64,000 nt of DNA, from assembly GCA_001769275.1 (NCBI GenBank), contig MEOQ01000001.1, forward strand, positions 4,604 to 68,603, given 5' to 3'. A program made the translations under genes and the position numbers. Position 1 is the first letter of the stretch; the number at the start of each line of letters is the position of its first letter. Below, in pieces: positions 57,401 through 64,000 of the stretch. This stretch comes from Bacteroidetes bacterium GWF2_43_63. Its GTDB lineage: Bacteria > Bacteroidota > Bacteroidia > Bacteroidales > DTU049. Under the pieces are notes generated by a model, which saw only the letters and a program-made list of their open reading frames with translations, had not been told where the DNA came from and made no database searches.

Positions 57401-60400
57401 CGGGTCACCATAACCATCACTGTCGCCATCAAAATACCATAAAGGAGCATCGATGGCATAATCATCCTCAATGCCGTTGCAATCGTTGTCTTTTCCGTCG
57501 CAATATTCAATGGCACCCGGATAAACAGAGTTGTCGGTATCGTCGCAGTCCCAGCTCCAGTCATTTAAAGTATAGCCAGGGCCGGGATTACAGGAAAAAA
57601 CAAAAATTCCCGGGTCTCCGTATCCGTCTTCATCGCTGTCGGCGTACCATATTGGTGAGTCCACCGCGTTATCATCGGTTACTCCATCGCAGTCGTTGTC
57701 CAGTCCGTCGCAAAACTCGGTGGCGCCTGGATAAACATTACCGTAATTGTCGTCGCAGTCAAAATCGTTTGAAACATAACCGCCAGGCTGAAAACATTCC
57801 AAAACAAAAAGAGCCGGATTTCCGTATCCATCCCAATCATTATCAAGATACCATGTTTGAACATCAATTGCGTTGTTGTCAACAAAACCATCGCAGTCAT
57901 TGTCGGCACCATCGCAAACTTCAGGATGACCAGGATAAGCCTCGCTGAAATAGTCATCGCAATCGTCGCTGACATCTGATCCACCGACCAGAAAGCATTC
58001 CATTACGGGGGTTTCGAACATGTCGGTAGAGCCATGAGTGTCGCCATCGCTATCAACAAAACAATACTCATATCCGTTACAGTCTTCATCGATGCCGTCA
58101 CCGGGAATTTCTATTGCACCCGGGTTAATTTCGCTTTCGTTATCATCGCAATCCATCATGTTGAACGATTCGCCGTCGAAAGTGTCGCAGGAGCCATCGA
58201 GTGCAATTACGGTTGTTCCTGCAATATCGCCATAACCATCCTGATCAACATCCTGAAAACAGTAAATAGCATCAACACCATTGCAATCCTGATCTAATCC
58301 GTCACCCGGAATTTCAGGTGCGTTCGGATAGATATCAGCGCGGGCATCATCACAATCGTTGGTAGGGTCAGCAGCAGTGGCTTCGTATTGATCGGCGCAA
58401 TCACAATCAGCGCTTACCACCGTCGAAGTTGCATCAGGTCGGTATCCGTCATCATCGGCATCGGTATAACAGATGTCTCCGCCATCACAATCCTGGTCAA
58501 TTCCATCGGCTACAATTTCAGTTGCACCCGGATGTATTGAACTCAAAGCATCGTTGCAATCGGTCGCAAACATTGACTCATATGCATCAAAGCAGTCCAG
58601 ATCGGCAGAAGAGATGGTACCGGTGCCACCGTATCCATCAGAATCTTCATCATGGTAACACAATTCGCCACCAGAACAATCCTGATCAATTCCATCGCCG
58701 ATTATTTCACTGGCACCCGGGTGAATGCTTGCCTGAGAATCGTCGCAATCTCCAATCGGATCAGCGTCGCCGGCTTCAGATGCATCGGCGCAATCGCAGT
58801 CAGCACTGGCAACAGTTGAAGTACCATCGGGTCTATATCCATCATTATCCGCATCTCTGTAACAGATATCTCCTCCATCACAATCCTGATCAATTCCATC
58901 GGCCACAATTTCAGGTGCCCCAGGGTAAATGGTTGGATTGAGTGGCTGACAATCTGCTCCGTCTAAAGACAAGTCGTCATCAGAGTCAGAATCATTTGGA
59001 TCTGTTTCGCCTGCGTCAACAACTCCATTGTGATTTGCATCTTCCACATCATCTGTAAGACCATCTCCATCCGTATCTGTGCTGCGTGGATTAGTGGTTG
59101 TTACAGGATCCAAATCCCCTGTCCAGCCGGCCAGTGTTCCGGTGTAAGCTATTCTGTTGGGCGCATATGCTCCGCTGCTTGTTCCACCTGCAATAGGGCT
59201 GCTCATGCCTTTTTCAAGGCCGTCATTCAGTCCATCATTATCGCTGTCAGAGTCTCTCGGATCGGTTTCAACAGCATCCAGAATTCCATTATCATTCAAA
59301 TCTTCGTCGCCATCCCGGAGTCCGTCATCGTCGTGGTCGGCATCGGCCGGATTGGTTTCAGATGCATCTACAAGCCCGTCGTGGTCTATGTCTTCGGTAC
59401 CGTCGCTGATGCCATCATCATCGCTGTCGGCATCGAGCGGATCGGTTTTCGAAGAGGTATTGGCGTCAAAACGCCAGACCATCATGTCTGTTCCCAAATA
59501 AGAAACACCTCTTACATTGCTGGTCCCAGGGGCAACAGGCATATTCCTTCCGATTTCCTGCCCATCGTTTAATACGTCACCATCTGTATCTGACATTATT
59601 TTATTCAGACCCATCGCACTTTCGTCGGAATCGTCAATGCCGTCATCATCGGAGTCGGCATCCAACGGGTTGCTTTCAGAGGCATCGACAATGCCATCAT
59701 GATCAAGATCTTCCGATCCATCCAATAATCCATCGCCATCCGTATCGTTATCGAGCGGGTCAGTTTCTCCTGAGTCGGAAAGACCATTGTGATTTGCATC
59801 TTCAATGCCGTCATTCAAGCCATCTCCATCAGAGTCAAGCATGGCGGCATTGGTTTCAGTCGCATCTTTTACACCATCATTGTCGTAATCTTCAATGTTG
59901 TCAGCGAGACCGTCGTTGTCACTGTCGGTATCACAGTCGCTGGTTCCCAGCGCGTTTTCTTTGACAAGTGTCAGTCCATCCAGGTCTTCATCGGCATTAT
60001 TACCGCCGCCGCCTATTCCATCGCAATTAGAGTCAATTCCATCGCCGCATACATCCATCACTCCGGGATGAATTCCGTTGTTAGTGTCGTCACAATCTGT
60101 TCCGGTCGAGGCCTCATTGGGGTCGGCACAATCGCAGTCGAGCGAAAAAAACGGGCTGTACGGATCCCCGAAACCATCAGTATCTGCATCGGTGTAACAG
60201 GTGCAGGCATCTGACCCGTCGCAGTTTTCATCTATGGCATTTCCAGGGATTTCTTCAGCCCCGGGATGTATGGCGTTGTTATCATCATCGCAGTCGCCCG
60301 CAGCTATGGTCCAGCCGTCCGAATCAATATCCTGGCTGAAACCCTGTGTTGGCACTAATAGTATTGTGATTACAAATAGAACAAGTAGAAGATTTCTCAT
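51410..60400 (-). CDS. giant T9SS cargo: 13 MopE-like metal-binding motifs with thrombospondin type 3 repeats, then two [Cys-repeat block / GloVer-like region / Ig-like] modules, more Ig-like domains, and a type A CTD with an internal deletion
   Basis: Signal MRNLLLVLFVITILLVPTQGFSQ. DCDD....I.PGA.E..GDGIDQDCDG occurs 13 times. The D.D.DG..D..D aspartate-rich region covers aa ~130-480. The CTD reads YPNPTSGQLTITF... Confidence 0.9.
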   Translation of the reverse strand: MRNLLLVLFVITILLVPTQGFSQDIDSDGWTIAAGDCDDDNNAIHPGAEEIPGNAIDENCDGSDACTCYTDADTDGFGDPYSPFFSLDCDCADPNEASTGTDCDDTNNGIHPGVMDVCGDGIDSNCDGIGGGGNNADEDLDGLTLVKENALGTSDCDTDSDNDGLADNIEDYDNDGVKDATETNAAMLDSDGDGLNDGIEDANHNGLSDSGETDPLDNDTDGDGLLDGSEDLDHDGIVDASESNPLDADSDDDGIDDSDESAMGLNKIMSDTDGDVLNDGQEIGRNMPVAPGTSNVRGVSYLGTDMMVWRFDANTSSKTDPLDADSDDDGISDGTEDIDHDGLVDASETNPADADHDDDGLRDGDEDLNDNGILDAVETDPRDSDSDNDGLNDGLEKGMSSPIAGGTSSGAYAPNRIAYTGTLAGWTGDLDPVTTTNPRSTDTDGDGLTDDVEDANHNGVVDAGETDPNDSDSDDDLSLDGADCQPLNPTIYPGAPEIVADGIDQDCDGGDICYRDADNDGYRPDGTSTVASADCDCADASEAGDADPIGDCDDSQASIHPGASEIIGDGIDQDCSGGELCYHDEDSDGYGGTGTISSADLDCFDAYESMFATDCNDALSSIHPGATEIVADGIDQDCDGGDICYTDADDDGYRPDATSTVVSADCDCADQYEATAADPTNDCDDARADIYPNAPEIPGDGLDQDCNGVDAIYCFQDVDQDGYGDIAGTTVIALDGSCDTFDGESFNMMDCDDNESEINPGAIEIPGDGIDEDCNGYEYCFVDSDGDTHGSTDMFETPVMECFLVGGSDVSDDCDDYFSEAYPGHPEVCDGADNDCDGFVDNNAIDVQTWYLDNDWDGYGNPALFVLECFQPGGYVSNDFDCDDNYGNVYPGATEFCDGLDNDCDGVTDDNAVDSPIWYADSDEDGYGDPGIFVFSCNPGPGYTLNDWSWDCDDTDNSVYPGAIEYCDGKDNDCNGIEDDYAIDAPLWYFDGDSDGYGDPYNSVSECNPSPGYVGNNQDCDDSNSNVYPGAPEICDGWDNDCNGTVDDNALDAMWWYVDNDWDGYGFTLDSIYACVPPYGYVDNKLDCDDNNQSTYPYAIEICDGEDNDCDGDIDENVEWAPFWYADTDVDGYGNPFETIQSCTMPLGYVENNMDCDDSDEYINPDAYEFCNGLDDNCDGGIDEGYDSYIYDENYSICQGQTYTWHGNTYSSAGNYTDITETVYGCEVYNLHLTVNPIYFSAESAEICSGSAYLWQDSVYTTAGTHVYNPLTAEGCDSIFELTLTVNPGSGYAFHDTVAICSDDNFSWHGDNYFSSGIYEDHYLTQAGCDSTYFLHLTVNPSYHFNLTTNAIIGETVNWHGQAITASGTYYDSFVTQAGCDSIYAVTIYFKEPILSELWGVSMEGGPNNAGFIYKTDGNGDNLTAVHYFDAEGYYPDGGLTAGPDGLLYGMTLVGGDLDGGVIYSIDPVTENIEVQHSFSPFDFGYPSGTMLLASNNKLYGMTLSDIENCVGTLFEFDPSIGLFETKAQLNIQSGCQPSGVTLAEGSNHVLYGVTQSGGTNGGGVVFGYDYNSETYTVLNNFSSGGSNGNITLASDGNLYGIHLAENSLFKYVSPGVIEIMHQFGTDSLGRHPQGRLEADSAGMLWGITRDGGGSDAGILYSYDTEYSQFTKLADLASIGTEKPLGSLTRTSNGKLYGVTNGVIGGEGGVLFQYDPLTDSLVSKFTFGISEEGYVSNPKLIEVCQRPQFSHNLSALDLCNPSDTMLYVNVSGNGISYTWQADFGSGYSNLSNDAVYSGVNNDTLHISGANSAMNGYVYRCVVSSTCPSINVNSNSSELNIRSEYNFNETASICTGSAYLWQNNIYNAAGTYYAHYNSMYGCDSTYQLTLTTTAGTGYAFNDTASICDGDIYTWRGMPYTESGIYQDSYTTLAGCDSSYFLHLNINPIYEFNDVATICEGGAMLWHGEIYDYEGIYHKYYTSSLGCDSVYHLTLDVDYNVYEELGFYSLETAQICNGSSYLWMGNVYTEAGLYEVHRPIFEGYGLCDSAFFLDLHVIGGPGFTQRDTLEICGGDTAFWQGGNYIESGFYVMPYLTQGGCDSTYYLNLTVHPSYHYADVFNSIIGDTVEWRGQLYSSNDSVVEHYSTVHGCDSIYSFVIHFYPRYEGPDSTQLWGMTRDGGANNLGCIFKTDDNGENQTVVYSFEQSGGTNPYGSLFYASNGKLYGMTSSGGLNNMGTLFEYDLANNIYTDDFSFDAINGASPVGSLIEGSNGLLYGMTKKGGDLDQGVIFSFDPVSHHVQKLVDLADYNMNHPNGSLTLAADGNFWGQSLGGNPMYSEFFGMWYESTLGVVFEYNPTTGAVETLEQMDGMATGFFPSGTLVQSSVNQMLYGVTIGGPTAFEYYPVPISHNGTLFTVQAGQSINTIHTFEFDNENQGSIPVGGLVEAANGNLYGLTSEGGSFDAGVLYEYNPNSSMQAIKINLAAVLTGSAPMSPMMKTCDGKLFGMTSEGGEYGFGTIFRYDVNLNTLIKTHDFDGTNGASPQYSSLTEIPAVMRIISQPADISVCHESDQMITVIANGNYLTYQWQMSSGSGFSDISNNSVFTGATSSMLQINDAPDTINGVHFRCVLTSQCPVKSITSDSMMLQVNPIYMIEENHAICHGETYLWQGNNYSDNGTFYAHYNTMHSCDSTYKLILSVHELPFVYAGSDLNICEGSTISLTGSGTANQYNWNNNVVNSMSFQPLASNTYIVTGTDLLTGCKDYDTVHVQLQPTPVVDAGIALTVCEGDSVTLTASGTATTFVWNNGVTNNVPFVVTNSDVFTVTGYDAYGCSNQDFTLVSVTPVPAVALILNDTVFCLTDNPMYLSGIPSAGTFYGTGVSGNMFYPDVAGPGDHNIIYSYTNGGGCTGFDTTIVSVNDCTGLDENDLFNVSIYPNPTSGQLTITFPAEDDYTLSFIQKEQISAQKTVQFDLNSVAPGVYMLKIENAEGFVLKRVVVE
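52301..52453 (-). repeat. 51-aa Cys-repeat block 3 (single copy)
   Basis: YMIEENHAICHGETYLWQGNNYSDNGTFYAHYNTMHSCDSTYKLILSVHEL. Confidence 0.8.
53915..54871 (-). repeat. 51-aa Cys-repeat block 2 (6 diverged copies, some with short insertions)
   Basis: From YNFNETASICTGSAYLWQNNIY... to ...HGCDSIYSFVIHFYPR. Confidence 0.8.
56222..56836 (-). repeat. 51-aa Cys-repeat block 1 of the 2996-aa gene (4 diverged copies)
   Basis: From YIYDENYSICQGQTYTWHGNTY... to ...AGCDSIYAVTIYFKEP. The last copy has lost the first Cys. Confidence 0.8.
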
Positions 60401-61145
60401 GGTGTGTGTTTTTTGGAAAACAGTGAAAAAGCAGATCTAAGACATGCAAATATAATAAAAAGATTAGTATGCAAATTTAACCGTTAAGCAGGCACTTTGT
60501 TAATGATTTTTGCTTTTCGATGTTAAACAATTCGGTAAAAGGAGAAGAAATGTTTTTCCGCAAAATTTCACATTCGACTAATTTTTTCGCCCATCAACGA
60601 TGATGCTTTGTTAGCGCAGTCTTGCTCTTCGAATTTTATGGGGTAATCAAAAAGTCAAACAATATCGGTAAAAAGCTAAATAATTATGACATATAGCATA
60701 AAAGCGCAGATTTGAGGTTGTTGTGAACGTACCTTGCTCGTCGTAAATTAGATTTTGTTCGTCTGATGTTTCATTGAGTTGGGGTAAAATATTTTTCTAG
60801 TTTAAAAAGTTTGAAAATGAAGCAATTTTTATTGCATAGCATTATTGACTCTGAGCCGGTTGTATTGACAACGGCATCATTTATTTATGTTCATGCAATA
60901 TACAGGAGCAGCCACCAGGTTTGCTCTTTTTATTACAACTCATTTTGCAATAACGGGCACAAAGAAAAGGTGCAAAGAAAGATTCTCTATTGTTCATCGG
61001 AAAAACAACAAGGAATTTGAACGCAGTAATTAAAAAATATGCCATGAAAAACTTCGACCACAAATTGTTCAGAAAAATGCATTGCAGGGGAGGCTGAATG
61101 CAGAAATGTAAAGTCACTAAAATAGAAACCTTAAAAGCGATTATC

Positions 61146-64000
61146 ATGAAAACTAAAATAAAAACATTGACATCATTTCTGACATGCCTGGCCTTCCTTT
61201 TTTTTATGCAAAGCTGGGCTACGGCACAGGATTCAGAAATGCTAAGCATTCATAAAACAAGTCCGGCTGAAGCAAATCCCGGTGAAATTATTACCTATAT
61301 TATAGAATTTTCCAACGTAGGAACAGCGGAGGCAAGCAATGTAATAATCAAGGATTATTTGCCTGCCGGAAATTTTTACACGTATGTGGGTTCCAGTCCG
61401 GCTGGAACGTTGGTGGGAAACACACTAATGTGGGATAAAACAAATATTCCGGAATTGGAATCTTTGGGAATTGGAATTCGTCAGATAACCGTTCAGATCC
61501 GTGCCGGTATTCCCGGAGATGGAATCAGCGGTTCAACAAGTGGTTATTATATGCCAGCGGCCAATAATATTATCAGCAATTATACATCCATTCAAAGCGA
61601 TGTGACTAATCCGCCGGTTTTTGGTGATACGACCACTACTGTAGTTAACCAGTACTGCGGTGTGCAGGTGAGCGATGCAAGCGGAGTAATAAAATCTTCC
61701 ACAAACACTGTTTTGTATTATCTAATGCAGATTAATAACAACGGGAATATTTATGATCAGTTCTCGCTGTCGGTTTTTAATCATGCGTGTAACGGACAGG
61801 ATTTTGATCCACTTATGTCCAGAACGCTGGATATGAGCGGAAATGTAATCACCGAAACACCCTGGATTCAACCACATAGCACCTATCAGTTTCTTCTGGA
61901 GTTAACGGCGCCCATCGGCTCAAATCCGTTTCGGTTCAGTTGTCATGATATTACTGCTACGTCTGTAGCATGTCCAGGCACTTTTGATGTCGCTCTGACA
62001 GAAACGGAAATTGTTGGTGCTCCAAAATATCCATTGGTGAATATTTCGAAAATCGATTCGAAAGATCCGGTTGAAAGAAGCGAGGAATTCACCTATACCA
62101 TTTTTGTATTTAATTCAAATGATAAATACCCGGCAGAGAATTTTAAGCTGTACGAAAATTATGATCCAAACATAGAATTTGTGAGTGCAGTTCCTGCACC
62201 GGATGCTGGTACAAACAATGTCTGGTCGCTGGGAACCATGGGCTATGGTCTCGATAGCGCAAAAACAATTATTGTTACGGTTCGGGTTTTAGACAATGCA
62301 ATTTGTTCGGGCACAATTACAAATATGGTAGAATGCTCTTATACGAACCAAAGTCGTTATCCGACAGCAACAGCTACAACAAACATTCTCGGACATCCTG
62401 ATCTCACAGTTTCGAAAACATTGGTCACGGTACCAATGCCCGCTGTAATTGGAGGTGACGTTTACTACACCTTGCGTTATAAAAATATTGGAAACTGTGC
62501 GGCAGAAAATGTTGTTTTGAAGGATTTCTTTGACAATGTGCATATGAATCCTATGTCTCTTGATGGAGGTTTGGTTTCCGGAGGAATGATTCAATGGAAC
62601 CTGGGTACAATCAATCCCAATGACAGCGGTCAGATTAATTATTCGATGAAAATTGATCCCTCCGCAACGTTTAATCCCGGAGTTACCCTGGTCAGGAATT
62701 ATGCAAGTATTACCACTGCGGTTCCGGAGTCTGATTACAACAACAATAATGCAATGGCGGTGTTTTCAATCACATTGCTGCCTGATATTTCAGTTGCCAA
62801 ATCAGAACCGGATTCGCTATTCGCAGGAGAACAATATACCTATTCCGTTACAGTCGGAAACTACGGAGATTATGCTGCCTCAAATGTGATAACTGAGGAT
62901 CTTTTACCACCCACGCTCCAGTTTGTTTCTGCATCCGATGGCGGATCGTTTGCTTTTGGAACTGTTTCCTGGCCGGTTATTCCAACCCTTGGCGTAAATG
63001 AAACACATACTTACACGGTTACCGTTTTGCCATTGTGTGCGGGAATACCATCAGTAACAAATGTTGTCAAAACTTCGTGTGCAACACTCGAAACCAATAC
63101 CGCAAATAATTATTTTGCTGCAACATCGGTTGTTGTTGACAGAACATTACCTGTAATCACTTGCGCTGCTCCACAAAGTTTTGTTACCAACAATGGCTGC
63201 ACTTATGTGGTTTCAGGAACAGGACTGGATGCAACAGCAACAGATAATTGCGGAATAGAGTCCTTAAATTTTGTAATTAGTGGTTCAACTACCGGCAGCG
63301 GAAATTCGCTGAACGGCGTTGCTTTTAATATTGGTATCAGCACGGTGACCTGGACCGCAACGGATAAAAGCGGAAATATCAGCAGCTGTTCTTACACTGT
63401 TGAAGTGAAAGATGTTGAAGTACCTCAATTTGTCAGTTGTCCAAATGGAGAAGAATTCATTCTTCCTACCGATTCAGGCTACAACACCTATACTCATAAT
63501 GGTACTGCCTGGAATGCAACAGCTTCGGATAATTGTGGCATCGATTCATTAACCTATGTGCTGAGCGGAGCAACCATCGGCACCGGATTATCACTGAATG
63601 GTGTTGCTTTTAATATGGGAGAAACCACTGTCCTCTGGACAGCCGTTGACAGCAGCGGAAATAAGGCATATTGCTCTTTCAAGGTTATAGTAAACGACAA
63701 TGAAGGCCCTGTGTTCAGCTTCTGCCTCACAGGAAACAATCAGAGCGAGAATACCGATCCGGGCGAAGACACCTTTACACAACCTGATAACAGTTGGGAT
63801 GCAACGGCAACCGACAATGATGGAATTGCCAGTCTGACCTATGTTCTCAGCGGTGTTACTATTGGCAGCGGAACAACGCTTGCCGGAGTAGCGTTCAATA
63901 TCGGCACAACCACCGTTACATTCACAGCCGTTGACAGCAGCGGAAACGAGATTGATTGCGTGTTTGATGTACTAATCACCGACAATCAGAATCCAGTATT
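61146..64000 (+). CDS. large surface protein with DUF11 (conserved repeat domain) units followed by HYR domains; 5' part only, runs off the right edge
   Basis: My own translation from the ATG at 61146 gives MKTKIKTLTSFLTCLAFLFFMQSWATAQDSEMLSIHKTSPAEANPGEIITYIIEFSNVGTAEASNVIIKDYLP. Later DRTLPVITCAAPQSF...ATDNCGIESLNFVISG...VTWTATDKSGNISSCSYTVEVKD and IDSLTYVLSGATIGTGLSLNGVAFNMGETTVLWTAVDSSGNKAYCSFKVIVND are HYR pattern. Spot-checked in frame at three places only. Confidence 0.8.
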   Translation, partial: MKTKIKTLTSFLTCLAFLFFMQSWATAQDSEMLSIHKTSPAEANPGEIITYIIEFSNVGTAEASNVIIKDYLPAGNFYTYVGSSPAGTLVGNTLMWDKTNIPELESLGIGIRQITVQIRAGIPGDGISGSTSGYYMPAANNIISNYTSIQSDVTNPPVFGDTTTTVVNQYCGVQVSDASGVIKSSTNTVLYYLMQINNNGNIYDQFSLSVFNHACNGQDFDPLMSRTLDMSGNVITETPWIQPHSTYQFLLELTAPIGSNPFRFSCHDITATSVACPGTFDVALTETEIVGAPKYPLVNISKIDSKDPVERSEEFTYTIFVFNSNDKYPAENFKLYENYDPNIEFVSAVPAPDAGTNNVWSLGTMGYGLDSAKTIIVTVRVLDNAICSGTITNMVECSYTNQSRYPTATATTNILGHPDLTVSKTLVTVPMPAVIGGDVYYTLRYKNIGNCAAENVVLKDFFDNVHMNPMSLDGGLVSGGMIQWNLGTINPNDSGQINYSMKIDPSATFNPGVTLVRNYASITTAVPESDYNNNNAMAVFSITLLPDISVAKSEPDSLFAGEQYTYSVTVGNYGDYAASNVITEDLLPPTLQFVSASDGGSFAFGTVSWPVIPTLGVNETHTYTVTVLPLCAGIPSVTNVVKTSCATLETNTANNYFAATSVVVDRTLPVITCAAPQSFVTNNGCTYVVSGTGLDATATDNCGIESLNFVISGSTTGSGNSLNGVAFNIGISTVTWTATDKSGNISSCSYTVEVKDVEVPQFVSCPNGEEFILPTDSGYNTYTHNGTAWNATASDNCGIDSLTYVLSGATIGTGLSLNGVAFNMGETTVLWTAVDSSGNKAYCSFKVIVNDNEGPVFSFCLTGNNQSENTDPGEDTFTQPDNSWDATATDNDGIASLTYVLSGVTIGSGTTLAGVAFNIGTTTVTFTAVDSSGNEIDCVFDVLITDNQNPV

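Noticed and set aside
56587-57948. Long ORFs in other frames or on the other strand inside the giant genes. Examples are 56587..57564 (325 aa), 57241..57948 (235 aa), 25718..26359 (213 aa), 49954..50481 (175 aa) and 58429..58941 (170 aa).
   Set aside because: They overlap the far longer, motif-rich minus-strand ORFs completely. Their peptides are low-complexity echoes of the coding repeats (His/Arg/Thr/Met-rich) and carry no signal peptides or motifs.
60811-61249. ORFs 60811..61020 (+, 69 aa) and 60881..61249 (-, 122 aa) in the 745-bp region upstream of the DUF11/HYR gene.
   Set aside because: They overlap each other and the signal-peptide region of the real gene. They are AT-rich and low-complexity, with no motifs. 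The region is more likely a long promoter or leader.

Overview
The window looks like a Bacteroidota chromosome segment. The evidence is T9SS type A and type B C-terminal sorting domains, a PorP/SprF gene, an IntDOT-like tyrosine integrase and TAnnTTTG -7 boxes. All calls come from reading motifs; no homology search was possible.

- **1-7.9 kb:** the right end of an integrated element that abuts tRNA-Ser(CGA). It holds a tightly coupled minus-strand operon of membrane or structural-looking proteins, an AT-rich cargo islet (PD-(D/E)XK nuclease, DUF6438-like, small HTH) and the integrase. Its left boundary lies outside the window.
- **7.8-8.4 kb:** a GIY-YIG gene sits between two copies of a repeat made of the tRNA promoter plus the tRNA 5' half.
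- **8.5-19.3 kb:** ordinary genes, namely an H1-like protein, an agmatine-deiminase-like protein, a TPR protein, pepT, an M24B aminopeptidase, ribE, a four-helix-bundle cassette and a radical SAM protein.
- **20-64 kb:** a surface-protein island. It contains three giant T9SS cargo genes (2991, 2027 and 2996 aa) that share a 51-aa two-cysteine aromatic repeat I do not recognise (36 + 20 + 11 copies). It also holds a type B cargo/PorP operon, a LytS/LytTR pair, an S46 peptidase, an MFS transporter, small lipoproteins and OM barrels, and a truncated DUF11/HYR protein.
- **Intergenic DNA:** several families of short palindromic mosaic repeats occur, and one family shows compensatory stem substitutions.

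No rRNA, CRISPR array, IS transposase or reverse transcriptase was seen.
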